Assembly: GCA_014905635.1 (NCBI GenBank)
Contig: JABVCE010000013.1
Span: 682,001 to 746,000, forward strand
Reading direction: 5' to 3'
Length of the DNA: 64,000 bases
Origin: Scenedesmus sp. PABB004
Taxonomy: Eukaryota
Shown: one piece after another, positions 33,498 through 45,638 of the stretch
How the letters are laid out: each line of letters starts with the position of its first letter
Numbering within the stretch: position 1 is the first letter of the stretch
Notes under the pieces: generated by a model
Seen by the model: the letters and a program-made list of their open reading frames with translations, nothing else
Databases searched by the model: none
What the model was told of the DNA's origin: nothing
Translations under genes and position numbers: made by a program

Positions 33498-35639
33498 TCA
33501 AACCCATTCGCGCGCGCGCGCTGCCAGCTGCTGCAGCAGCCCCTGCGCGTGCGCCCCACGCCGCCGCAGCGCGTCCTGCCAGAAGACCGGGTGCGAGGGC
33601 GCCACCTTGTCGTCAAACTGGGCCCACAGGTCGGGCGGCGAGGCCTGCGCGACAGCGCGGGCGGGCAGGGGCAGCGGTGAGCGCGTCGCGTGCACGCGCG
33701 TTGTGTGCCCTCCGCCAGAGCGCCGCGGTGAGTTGCGCACCTCGGACCGCAGGAAGATCTTGAAAGCATTGCAGTATTCATCGTCTGGGTCAGACGAGGG
33801 ACCCAGGTCGCGAGCGAGCGACTCCGACTCGACGTGCAGCCTGGTCAGCGCGGTCAGCGCCGTCAGCCGCACGATGCCCCGCGGCGACAGCTGCTGCGAC
33901 GCCAGCACCGACAGGTCGCGCAGGCCGGTCAGGCGCGCCAGCACACCGCCTGCCAAGCCGTCGTCCACGCTCTCGCCGCCCAGCACCAGCAACGTCAGCG
34001 CGCTCAGCTGCAGCAGCGCCCTCAGGCCCCACTGCTGCTTGGGCTCCAGCGCGCCCAGCAGCGACAGCTCCTGCAGCCCTGGGCAGCAGCCGGCGATGCG
34101 GGCCAGCTCTGCCGCGCCCAGCACGGGCCCGTTCGGGTCGCACTGTCTCGCAGATAGGTCTGTCACTTCAGCAAAGCCGCAAAACGCCTCCTCGTCCACA
34201 CCCAGCCGCAGGGCACGCAGCGCGGCGCACGCGGGCGCGCCAGCGGCCGCCGGGAACGCGGCGAGCAGCGCGCCAGCAGGCAGGTCGCAGCCGCGCAGGT
34301 CGAGCTCGGTCAGGTGCGGCGACGCGGTGAGGCCCGCGTACAGACCCACAAACTCGACGTGCAGCTGCTCGCCATCGCCGTCGCCCACGCCGTCCAGCGC
34401 TGCCAGGTCGTCCGCATCCAGCGGCGCAAGCATCGCCCGGCCCAGGCGCAGGTGCCGCAGCTCGCGCAGCAGCGGCAGCACGCGCAGCAGCGTGCGCGTG
34501 TCGCCGTTGGGCAGGCATGCGACCCGCCAGCCGCCCAGCGACAGCGAGGTGAGCGCAGAGGCGTGGTGCTGCAGCAGGGCCGGGTCAAACACAGCGACAT
34601 CAATCAAGGCGAGGCTCTCCAGGCGCGGCAGCTCGCGCAAGCTGCAGTCCGCCGCCAGCTCCAGCTGGCTGCACTGCCGCAGCCGCAGCAGCGTCAGGCT
34701 GGCCGGCAGCGGCGGCAGCTGCGCCGCTGCGACCTTGCTCAGCCGCAGCTCGCGCAGCTCCTGCAGCTGGCCAATGAGGGCCAGGCCGCCGGCTGCACCG
34801 CTGACCGACAAGCGCACAGAGCCACTGAGCCAGCCAGCCCCAAGGCTGAGCGACGTGAGCGCGCGCACGCCGGTCAGAAACCGCAGGTCCAGCTCGGCGT
34901 CGCACTCGAAATCCACGGCCAGCACCCGCAGCTCGCTCAGCGCCGCCAGGTTGGAGGCAATGCTGGCGCTCCAGCCGTGCAGGTTTCACAAGCAGAGCCG
35001 CGTGAGCGCGCAGGGCAGCGCATGCAAGCCCGCCAGCAGCGGCTCATCGCTGGACATGAGCTCGCTGAGCTCCAGGTCGCGCAGGGCCGTCAGGCTGCTG
35101 AGCTCCCGCGCCAGGGAGCCGCAGCAGCCGTGCAGCCACAAGCTGGTGAGCTGCGCGCCGCCCGCTGCTGCCGCTGGAGCTGCTGCCGCGCCGCCCGCTG
35201 CCGCCGCCTCGCCGTCTGCCGCCGGCGCGTCCGGCGGCTGCAACTCGGCACACTCCAGGCGGAGGTGCCGCAGCGCCGGCAGCTGTGGCAGCAGCAGCGA
35301 CAGCTGCACCATCAGCCCGGGCCAGGTCACCTCCACGCTCTCCACGTGCCGCCCGTGTCGGCCCAGCAGCCAGTCGAAGAACTTCTCGCCCTTCTGCATG
35401 TCATGCTTGCTGAACAGCTTCAACTCCACGCTATTCGGCACGCCAGGCTCGCTGGTGTTGAACTGCACCGCGCTGGTCGCCAGCACCGCCGCTGCGCGCC
35501 ACACGCGCGACACGCGCGCCGCGGCGCCGAGGCGGTCCCTGACGCTCAGGCGGCGGAGCACCACCGTCAGCAGCTCCACCGGCAGCTCCTGCACTGGCCC
35601 TGCCGGCGCACTGCTGCGCTTGCTGGCGCGCTGTCCCAT
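33498..35639 (-). pseudogene. F-box/LRR copy 4, full length but with an in-frame TGA at 34988-34986
   Basis: ORFs 34986..35639 and 33498..34925 share a frame. ALTRLCL*NLHGWSAS aligns to ALTRLSLSSLHSWSAS of copy 1. Confidence 0.75.
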
Positions 35640-36169
35640 GGCGCTGGCGCCAGCGAGCAGGCCTGGCGTGCGGCAGCGTCAGGCGGGCGTCAGCGTGGCG
35701 GTCGCGCGCGGGGCGCCTGCCCGCCCACGCCACTCCTGCCCGCTGCCGCCAGCGGGCCATCCACGCACCGGGGAGGCGGAGGGGCGCTCTGGCCGGGGGC
35801 GCGGCGCTGGGGCGCGCCGCTGCTGCTGCGCCGCGCGCCGCCGCGGGCGCTGCTGCCGCGGGCCCTGCGGAGCGCTGGGGCCGCGAGGGGCCGGCCGCGA
35901 GGCGCTGGCGAGCGCGCCCCAGGCGGCGCCTGACGCCTCGCGGGCGGCAGGTGGCGGGAACAGCGGCGCGCGCTGCTGCTGGCGGCCGCGCGGGCGAGAT
36001 TCGGCGGCTGCTGCGGCGGCGCGAGCGGCAGCAGCACCTCCCTCTCTCTGACCGGCCGGCGGGCGGCGGCGTGTTGCACACGGTGTGGAGCGGGAGCCGC
36101 GTCGCGCGGCCCTGAACCGCGCCCGCTGGCCGCTCACAGCGCGCGACGGTCGCCGCGCGTGGCCTCACG

Positions 36170-36558
36170 TCACGTTGCCTTTTTCGACGCGACGCCCGGC
36201 CGCACCGGCCGCCAGCGCGGCACGAGCAGCGCGCGCGCGAGCCCGCCACCGCCGTCGTCCAGCAGCTCCGCGAGCCGCGCCGCGGCCACCTGCCAGCCGC
36301 GCCGCTCCCCAGCGCACGCGCCGGCGCCGCCGGCGCGGCCGGCCTTTAGCGACTCGACGTACGTCTCGCCGCGCGCGAGGTAGGCCAGCTGGCTCCCGAG
36401 CAGCACCCCGACGCCCAGCAGCAGCGCGGTGCACACCGCGACCATGTAATACGCCGCGAGCAGCCAGCCCGGCGCGAGCTGCATGAACACGAAAAACACG
36501 CCCGTCGACGCGATGAGCCACGCCGACGGCGGCCGCCGCGCGCCCGCGCCCGCCGCGC

Positions 36559-36589
<31 letters not shown>

Positions 36590-37622
36590 GCCCGGCGGCG
36601 GCGCGCCGCCGCGCGCCGCGACGCTCGCGCGCACGACGTGCCACTGCTGCGACACGAGCAGGCCGCACATCGCCAGCACGTACGCCGCCGCGAGGAGCGT
36701 CCAGAGCAGGAGCAGCATGAAGGGCCGCAGGTTGCCCGCGCCGACACAGTTGTTGATGAACGGGCCTGGCCGCGGCGGCGGCGGAGGCGGCGGCGGCGGC
36801 GGAGGGCCAGGCGGCCGGCCGGGCGGAGGCGGTCGGGGCGGGCGGCGGCCGGGGCGGGGCCGGAGCCCACCGCCCAGCGGCGCCGCGCGCCGGGCTCACA
36901 GTGGTGGTCCATGTCGACCACGCAGCCGCAGCTGCGGCAGTGGTGCGCTGCGGGCGGCTTGGCCGCCGCGCAGCGCGCGCACCACGCCCAGCCGTCGTAG
37001 CTGCCCGCGCGCACCTCGCCGTGCGGGCCGCGCGGCGGCGGGGGCGCCCAGTCGCGCGGCGCGCCGGCGGGCTGCGCGACGCACGCGGCGAGGTTGGCGG
37101 TGACGTTGACGGCGATGGCCGCCGAGAGCAGCAGGTTAGGGCCGTACGTCGCCCAGGTGGTGCACAGCCGCGGCAGCAGCACCACCACGCCCGTGACCGC
37201 CACGCTCGCGACGAGCGCGACGACGACGGCGACGACCGCCCAGCGGCCCGCCGCGAGCGCGGCGCGGGCCGCCCTGCCGGCGCAGCTCGCCGCGCCCCAG
37301 CGGCGCCGCCGCTGCTCCGGCGGGTCCAGCGTGTTGATGGCGGCGCAGTGGCCGCACTGCGGGCGCGCGCCGGCAGCGTGGCGGGCGCAGTCTCCGCCGC
37401 TGCCGCGCACTGGCTCGCGGCTGCGCTGGCTCGCGGCGCTCGCGGCGCTCGCGGCGCGCGCACCTTGAAGGCCTGCGCCGGCCGCCCCTGCACGAGCGGC
37501 ACGGCGATGAGCACGGCGCACGCCCAGCAGTATGCGGTTGGCCCCTCCGGCGCGCCGGCAAACGCGTGCGGTGGCACGTCGCCGCCGCCGCCGGCGCCGC
37601 CCAGGCTCGCCTCCTCGTCCAT
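36170..37622 (-). CDS. DHHC protein S-acyltransferase (PAT11-like, N-terminal CxxC..CxxC), 3 exons
   Basis: YCWAC..FK|CGHCAAIN, transmembrane segments, WCARCAAAKPPAAHHCRSCGCVVDMDHHC|PFINNCVGAGNLRPF, GETYVESLK. Stop at 36170. Confidence 0.92.
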
Positions 37623-37988
37623 GGGCGTCGCGGCACGTGGTTGTGGCCGGCAGAGGGCAGAGGGAGCTGCCGCAGCGCCTGTGCGTGCGGCCGCGCGCGC
37701 TGCTGCTGCTGCACGAGCGGCGGCGCGGCACAGCGGCGAGGTCCGGCGGCGTGCGCAGCGTGCTGCAGACCGCGGTGCCGGCGGCGCCGGCGCCGGCGCC
37801 GCAGCTTCTGCGGCCGGGAGCGGCGCGGCGAGGGGCGAGCTGCTGCCGCGGCGCAGGTCTCAGGCGCACGTCGCTTTGAGCTCCGCACCTCTCCTGCCCG
37901 CTCACTGAGCCCAGACGGCCAGCGCTGCCAGCGGCCCAGGATCGCGCCACGCCCGGCGGTTGGGAGCAGCAGCAGCAGGGGGGGCGCC

Positions 37989-40900
37989 ATGCTCGCCGCG
38001 CGCCCGGCGCGCCTGGGTGCGGCGAGCGCGCGATGGCCCGCGCTCGTGCCGCCCGCTGGCGCGTGTGCCGCTCACGCCGCCCTCACTCCCGCACCCGCCA
38101 GGCTCTGGGTCATCAGGGGGCAGCGGCGCGGCCCGCCAGGCGCAGCGCCTGCTGCGCGGCGCGCCGGCAGCAGCGGGTGCGGCGTGCGCGGCGCCGCGCG
38201 GCCGCCGCGGCGCCCACGGCGGCGCGGCCTCGCAGCCGACGAGCCTGCCTGCCTCCCTGCCTCCTCGTGAGCACGTAGGGCCGGCCGGCGGTCGGCGCCG
38301 CCGCGCCACGCCGGCGCGCGCGGCGCCGGGGGACGAGCCGCAGAAGCTGGAGGTCGCGGCCCCGGAGGCGGGGCGCCTGGACCTGCCGTTCGAGAGCGAC
38401 ATGCAGACCTTCAGCGGCGGCAGCACCCCCGGCGCGAGCAGCGGCAGCGGCAGCAGCAGCAGCGGCACGCCCGGTGGCGCGCTCGGGCCGAGTGAGTGGC
38501 CGCGGGGCACGCGCGGCGCGCGTGGCCTCCCCCCGCCCCTGCTTCTCGTCTCTCCCTTGCGCCCGCACTCGCGTGCACACGCGCGCGCGCCACGCCGCCC
38601 CCCGCAGGCCCCGTGCCCGCCGGCACCGTCGTGCACGGGCGCTACACGGTGCAGGAGGTGCTCGGCCGCGGCGCCAACGCGACCACCTACAGCGCGGTCG
38701 ACAACACCGACGGCAAAAAGGCACGCCGCCCGGGGCCGAGCTCGCCGCCGGCAGCACCGCGCTGGCCGGCGCGGCCGCGGCTGCGGCCGCGCCCGCCAGC
38801 CCACGCCGCCGCGGCCGCGGCCGTGGCCGCGCCGCGCAGGTCGCGCTCAAGGCGCTGTCGCTGCGCGGGCTGCGCGACTGGAAGCAGCTGGAGCTGTTCC
38901 AGCGCGAGGCGGTCGTGCTGCAGGGCCTCGCGCACCCCGGCATCCCCGCGTACATCGACTACTTTGAGGAAGACACCGCCAGCGACCGTGCATTCTACAT
39001 CGTCCAGGCGCGCGCCGCGCCGCGCCGGGGGAACCTAGACCCTGCCGCGACGCGGCGCCGCGGCGGGCGCGGCGCCGCGGCGGCGGCTGTGCTGCCGGCT
39101 GCGCCGCGCCGGCGGCGGCGGCGCGCGGCGCGCCGGCGTGCTGCCGCGACGCTGCGCCGCGCCGCGCCGCGCAGGAGGTCGTGCGCGGGCGCTCGCTCGC
39201 CGACATGGTCGCGGGCGGCATGCGCGCGGACGAGGGCGAGGTGACGCGCGTCGCGCTGGAGCTGCTGGCCATCCTCAAGTACCTGGGCGGCCTGCGCCCG
39301 CCGGTGATCCACCGGGACATCAAGCCCGAGAACGTGGTGCTCGAGGGCGGCGCCTGGGGCGGCCGCGTGTTCCTGGTCGACTTTGGCGGCGTGCAGGGCG
39401 CGAGCGCGGCGGGTGCGGCGGCGACGCGGCGCGGCGGCGCGGCGGGGCGACGCGCGCGCCGGCGGCGCCGGCGGGGGCGCCGCGCCGACGCCCCGCGCGC
39501 CGCGCCGCGCGCGCGACGTCGCGCAGGCGACGTGCTGGGGTCGACCATCGTCGGCACGTACGGCTACATGGCGCCGGAGCAGTTCTCCGGCGCGGCGAGC
39601 CCCGCGAGCGACCTGTACAGCCTCGGCGCGACGCTGCTCTTCCTGGCCAGCGGCCTGCCGCCGGGCGCGTTCCCGCAGCAGCGCATGCGCCTCGCGTGGC
39701 GGTGCGGCGCGGCGCGCGGGCCGGCGGCGCGCTGCGCGCGGGGCCGGCGCCGGCGCGCGGGGGCTGGCGCTGCGCCGGCGCGCACCTGACCGCCGCGCTG
39801 CACCGCGCCCCGCAGCGACCGCGTGACGGTCGGCGCGCAGCTGGGCGAGCTGCTTGACGGCCTGCTGGAGCCGGTGGCGGAGGACCGCCTCAGTCCACAG
39901 GCACGCGCGCGCCTGGCCGGGCCGAGCTCAGCTCAGGGGCGAGCTGGGTTGAGCTGACGCGAGCCGAGCTGAGCTGAGCTGAGCTTCCCCCGCCTGACTC
40001 GACCGCAGGAGGCGATCGACATCGCCACCGGCAAGGCGGCGCGCCGCCGCAAGAAGGCCGCCGCGGCGGCGGCCAAGTCGACGGCCGCCGCGGGCGGCGC
40101 CGGCGCCGCGGGCGGCATGGTCCGGCTGCGCGACGGCAGCCTCTACATGTGCGGACGCCGCGGCTGCGCCCGGCGGCGCCGCGCGCCCGGCCGCCGCCCA
40201 GCCGCGCCCGCCGCCGCACGCGGCCGCGCGCGCGCGCGCCCGCCGGCCCGCCTCTCACCCGCCGCGCGCCCCGTCCCCCCGTGTCCCCGTGTCCCCGCGG
40301 CAGGCCGCCGTCGATGCCGACGTCGCCCGTGCGCAAGCCCGCCGGCAGCCGCGTGGTGCTGAGCAGGGAGGGCGGCCGGCTGGACATTGACATCCCGCCC
40401 GAGGGCCTCTCGGGCAACACCATCGGCACGGGGCTCTTTGCCGTCGCGTGGAACGCGTTCGTCGCGTTCTGGACGGTGCGCGCCCCGCGCCGCTGCGCCC
40501 CGCACGTCGCCGCGCCTCACGTCCCGCGCCCCGCGCCGCCGCGCCTCTCTCGCGCGCGCCGCCACACCTCTCGCGCCGCCGGCGCCAGATCTCGGCGGTC
40601 GCGAGCGGCGGGCTGCTGTTTGCGCTCTTCTCCGCGCCCTTTTGGTTTGCCGGCTACCAGCTTGCCGGCCAGGCCTTCTCCGGCGCGCTCAGCCACGAGC
40701 GCTTCGCGATCGGCCGCAGCAAGTGGCGCGTCGCGCAGGTGCGGGGCGGCGCGGCGGCCGCTGCGTCGGGGGCGCGGCGGCGGCGGCGGCGCGCGCGGGC
40801 GGGCGGCCGCGCGCGCCCCGCCCCGCCATGCGCCGACCTGCGACCCCTGCCCCGCTGCCGCGCGCGCGCGGCGCCGCAGGAGCTGGCGCTGCTGCGCGGC

Positions 40901-41528
40901 GGCGCGGCGCGGTTCAGCGGCAACCTCAGCGGCGCCGCGGCGCGGACGCAGGAGGGCGACGCCGCCGACCTCACCGGCGCGCGCGTGGTCACGACCATGG
41001 TGGTCAACGGCGCACCGCGCACCGCGATCGAGATTGTCGAGGGCGTGCGCAAGCTCAGGCGCGCGGCGCGGGCGGCGGCGGGACGGGCACGCCGCGGCGG
41101 GCGCCCGCGCGCGGGCCGGGCCCCGACGCTCTCGCCCGCGGCGCGCCGGCTGCGCTGATCGGCCGCAGGTTTGGCGAGTCGCTGGACGTGTCGGAGCAGG
41201 AGTGGCTGGTGTGGGAGATCAACCAGCACATCGCCGGCGTGCGGGGCGTCGCGCCGAGCATGGAGGACATGCCCGTCGAGGAAGCGCCGGACGTGCGGCG
41301 CGCGGCGCGGCGCGGCGGCGCGCGGCTGCAGCGGCTGGCGTGCGCCGGCGCCGGCGCGCGCCGACGCGCCCGCGCCCGCGCCCGCGCGGCGCCGCGCAGA
41401 TGTATGACGACACCGACCAGGCCACGTCGGCGATGACCAACATAGACCCCTTCTGGGACATGCGCAGCCCGTCGGAGCGGGAGCGCCGCGACCCGTTTCG
41501 CGACCGGGACCAGTTTTGGCGGAAATGA
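37989..41528 (+). CDS. Ser/Thr protein kinase of bacterial Pkn2/cyanobacterial type with C-terminal two-TM domain; probable plastid transit peptide
   Basis: RYTVQEVLGRG, K|VALKALSL, DWKQLELFQREAVVLQGLAHPGIPAYIDYFE, PPVIHRDIKPEN, LVDFGGVQ, TIVGTYGYMAPEQF, ASDLYSLGATL. C-terminal KPAGSRV..IDIPP..LFAVAWNAFVAFWT..FALFSAPFW. Confidence 0.92.
39923..39985 (+). repeat. Intronic GAGCT pentamer array
   Basis: gagctcagctc..gagctgggttgagctg..gagccgagctgagctgagctgagct inside kinase intron 39901-40008. Confidence 0.7.
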
Positions 41529-42057
41529 GCAAGCCGCGCCGGGCGGCAGGGCGGCAAACGCACGAGGCGCGGGGGAGCGTGCGAGGCGCGGCGCGTGCCG
41601 GCGCGGCGTAAATGGCGAGAGCGCGACGTGCTCGCGCGCCGCCGGGGTGCTCCGCCCGGTCCCCCCGCCAGACGGTGCACCGCCGCGGCGCTTGCGGCGG
41701 CAGCAGCGCTGCGATGCCAGGCCGGCCACAGCGCGGTGGCGCAGCGCGGCGGCGCAGCGCGGCGGCGGAGCGCGGCGGAGCCCTGCGCCGCGCCGCGGAC
41801 TCGGCAGCGCGCTCGCCCAGCCCGTGGCAGCGCACGGCGCCCAGGGGCGGCCAGTGGCGATCGGTTTGCCGGCCCGCTGCTGCCGCCGGCCCCGGAACTT
41901 TGCGAGCCCGCGCCGCGAGCGCCCACCCGAGGCGCCACACAGTCCTCCCGGATCGCCCCGACCGCGCGCGCGGGCCGGCGGAGGCGGCAGCGGCGCGCGG
42001 CGGGGGCGGCAGCGGCGCGCCCCGGCGGCTCGCGCACGCCGCCCGGCGGCTCGCGCA

Positions 42058-42227
42058 ATGCTGTCAGAGCGGCAGAAGCGCGCGGTCCTGGCGCGGGAGG
42101 CGGCGGAGCGGGTGGAGAAGGTGCGGCCCGGCGGTCGGGCCGCGGCCGCCGCCGTCGCACAGCGCTGCTGGCTGCCGCCCGCCCGCGCGGGCGCGCGCGC
42201 CGCGGCCGGCGCTCAGCCGCGGCCTGC

Positions 42228-42289
<62 letters not shown>

Positions 42290-45200
42290 AGACGCTGGAC
42301 GTGTTCCGCCTGGTGGAGGTGCTGCACGGCGACGACGTCGTCGAGGTCGCCGCGCTCGTCACGGCCGAGCGCGGCGCGGCGCCGAAGCTCACCTTCCCGC
42401 GCGCCATGCAGGGCGCCGCCTTCCTGCCGCGGGTGCGCCGCCGCCTGCCAGCCGGCTGCCCCGCACCGGCGGCGGCGCCCGCCCCGCCCGCGCCGGCCCG
42501 CGCCGCCCGAGCGACGGCGGCGCCCGGCCGCCTGCTGCGCTGCCCGCAGATGGTGGTCGACTTGCAGGAGGCGTACGACGCGCTGCCGCAGCACCTGCTC
42601 GCCTGCCTGCTCGCGGCGGCGGGCGACGTGCTCGCGGCGGGGCCGCGCTGGGCGGCCGGCCTGACCGAGGTCAAGCTGAGCGACGCGGGGCCGTGGGAGC
42701 ACGTGTGCCGCGGCGCGACCGTGCTCGCCACGCTGCTGGAGCTGCTGCCCAAGTACCGGTGCGGCGGGCGGGGCGCTGCGTGCTGCGCGGCGGCGGCGGG
42801 CGGGCGGGGCGCTGCGTGCTGCGCGGCGGCGGCGGGCGGGCGGGGCGCTGCGTGCTGCGCGGCGGCGGCGGGCGGCGGCGAGCGCCGCACCCTGCGCCCT
42901 GCCGCTGCGCGCTTGCCCGCAGGCAGCTGCACGCCGAGGTCATGTTTGACCCCACCTTCACCGGCGCGCTGCTGGACCTGGTGCTCGCGATGCAGCTCGC
43001 CGCGGCGGGGCCGCTCGCGGCGGCGCTCGCCGACGAGCGCGCCCCGCAGGCCGAGCGGTGCGCGCCGCGGCGCGCGGGCGGTGCGCGGGCGGGCGGGCGG
43101 GCGGGCGGCGGCGGGCAGCCACGCGCGGGGCCCGCCGGTCACGGCCCGGCCGCCCCACGCGCGCAGGCTCGCGGCGGCGCGGTCGCAGTGCGGGCTGGTC
43201 AGCGGGTCGCTCGCGGTGCTGGTCGGCCTCTGGGGCGTCCCGGGGGCCGACGTGCAGCTGGTCAGCGAATTTGCGTACGGCGCGGTGGTGCGGCAGCTGC
43301 TGGCGCAGGAGCAGGTGCGCGGGCGGCGCCGGGCCGCCGCCCAGCGTGCGCAGCGGCGCGCACGCCGCCGGCCGGCGCCGCCGGCCGGCGCCGGCGCCGC
43401 CGATCGCCGAGCGTGCCCGCCGCGCGCGCCGCCCGGGGCCGGCCGCGCGCCGTGCAGGCGCCTCAGATCGTGCGCTCCACGCTGGACGCCGCGGCGATGA
43501 TGCTCCTGGGCCTGCGCAGCCTGCTCGCGTCGGCGCACCACCTGCCCGCCGCCGCGCTGGCGGAGCTGTCGCAGCACAGCGGCACGGCGCTGCACACGCT
43601 CGCGCAGGTGCGCGGGGCCGCAGCCACGGCGGCGCGCCCGCCCTTCCGGCGCGGAGCGCGAGCGCTCGCCCTCGCCGCCGCCGCCGCGCAGCTGTACAGC
43701 CATGGCCTCATGTACCACGCCACGCTGCTCATCAGCCCCGGCGGGACGGCGCTCGTGCGCCTGCTGTGCGCGGGCGCGGCGCTCGCCGACCTCGTGCCGG
43801 GTGCGCGCGGCACGCGGCACGCGGCACGCGGCGGGGGCCCGCACCGGCGCGCGCCCGCACGGCGCGCGCTCCCTCTCGCTGCCCCACGCCTGTCCCTCAC
43901 AACATTGTCCGCGACCGCCGCGCGCACACGCGCGCTCGCGTGCCCCAGACAACGCCGGGGCCAAGGAGGGCATCGCCCCGCTGCTGCTGGGCCGCTGCAT
44001 GGCGCTGCTGGTGCAGCTGTCCGAGTTCACATCTCCCGCCTTCGTCGACACCCTGGGCGCAGCGCACGGCAGCCGGCAGCGCCTGCTGCACGTGCTGCAC
44101 GCCGCCGCGGCGCTCGCGTCGCGCCGCTTCCTCGGCCCGCCGCCGCCGCCCGGCGCGGCGGCGCTCGCGCAGGCGGCCGCCGGCGCGTCCGCGCTGGACG
44201 GCCGGGTCGACGCCGCCGCGCTCGGGCCCGCCGCGCTCGCTGCGCTGCAGGCAGACGCGGCGCGGCTCAAGCCGAGCGAGCCGCAGCTGCTGCTCGCGAC
44301 GCTGCGGCTGCTGGAGCTGGCGGGCGACGACAGCGGGCTGCGCGAGGGCGCCATGGAGGCGCTCGCAGGCGGCCTCGGCGACGCGCTCGCCACGGAGCCC
44401 CTGCTGTTTGCCTCGCGGTGCGTGGACGAGCCCGCGCCGCGCCGGCGAGCCCTCGCCGCGCCGCCGCGTGCCACGCCGCCGCGCGCCACATGCCGCCGAG
44501 CACAACGCCGCCGCGCGCCACGCTGCTGCCCCGCAGCTGGTGCGGCGGCGACGTCGCCGTCACGCAGCACCTGCACGACGGCGTGCAGCTCGGCAGCGCG
44601 AGCGCGGCGGCGGCCCGCGACGCGAACAAGACCGCCGGCGTCGCGCGCTGGCTCGTGCTCGGCAAGCGCCTGCCGCCGCCGGCCGGGCGCGCCGGCGGCG
44701 AGGGGCCCTGGGCGGGCGGCGGCGACGCCGACGCCGACCTCGCCGCGCTCGTCGCGGCCAAGGCGTCGGCGCTGGAGCGCGCGCTGCTGCTGTTCAAGCT
44801 GCTCGGCGTCCTGCACTACTGGGAGGCCAAGCTCCCGCCGCGCCAGCGCCGCCGCTTCGTGGCGCTGCTGGTCGGCGGCCTGCGCGCGCGCGCGCGGTCC
44901 GAGCCCGACTTTGCCGCGTCCGCGCGCCGCGTGCGCGGCAACCTCGGCGCGCTGCTGCGCTTCCTGGAGCCGGTCAGCGGCGGCGAGGGCGGCGGCGCGG
45001 AGGAGGGCGACGTGCTGCTCACCCCGCTGGAGGTCAGCCTGGTCCGGGACCTCAACGCCGTCGTCGGCGAGCTCGCTGCGACGGCGTGGGCGGAGCAGCT
45101 GCCAGGGCCGCCGGTGCGTGCCGGGCCGCCGAAGTGCACAGCGGGGGGCGCGTGCACCGCGGCACCGCCGGCGCGGAGGGCCCCGCCTGCCGCTGACGCC

Positions 45201-45571
45201 GCCGCCGCCGCCGCCGCCGCCGCCGCGCGCGCAGCCGCCGCCCGCGCTGGAGGTGCCGGCGGAGGAGGCGGAGGCGCCGCCCGACCTGACACTGCTGGCA
45301 CCGGGCACGGGCCCCCGCGCCGCGCCGGGCGGCGCGGGGCAGCTGCTGGCGTCGCCGCGCGGCGTGAAGCGCGAGGGCGGCGACATGGATTGGGCGCCCG
45401 GCGGCGCGGCCGGCAGCCCGCCGGGCGCCGCGCTGACGGTGGACGACCTGCGCGCGATCCGCTCGCTGCTGGCGCAGCACGACGCCGCGGCCGGCGGCGG
45501 CGGCGGCAGCGGCGGCGGGGGCGAGGAGAGTGATTTCTATATGGACTGCGACGACGGCTCGCCGGGCGCGG

Positions 45572-45638
<67 letters not shown>

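Larger units (their letters stand above)
30240..36131. repeat. Tandem duplication of a ~3.0-kb F-box/LRR unit (~30240-33155 and ~33250-36131)
   Basis: 3' flanks, last exon and intron (offset 3014) and 5' flanks (32658-33150 vs 35639-36130) are near-identical. Confidence 0.88.

Noticed and set aside
39923..39985. GAGCT pentamers resembling immunoglobulin switch-region repeats
   Set aside because: Only ~60 nt inside an ordinary intron; a simple microsatellite explains it.
8814..41528. Functional plastid gene cluster (DJ-1, RAF2, CBM20 protein, kinase)
   Set aside because: The genes are interspersed with unrelated ones and plastid-targeted genes are common; no shared regulatory motif was seen.
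42763..42873. 36-bp repeats as a CRISPR-like array
   Set aside because: Head-to-tail copies without spacers, intronic, eukaryotic context, no cas genes.
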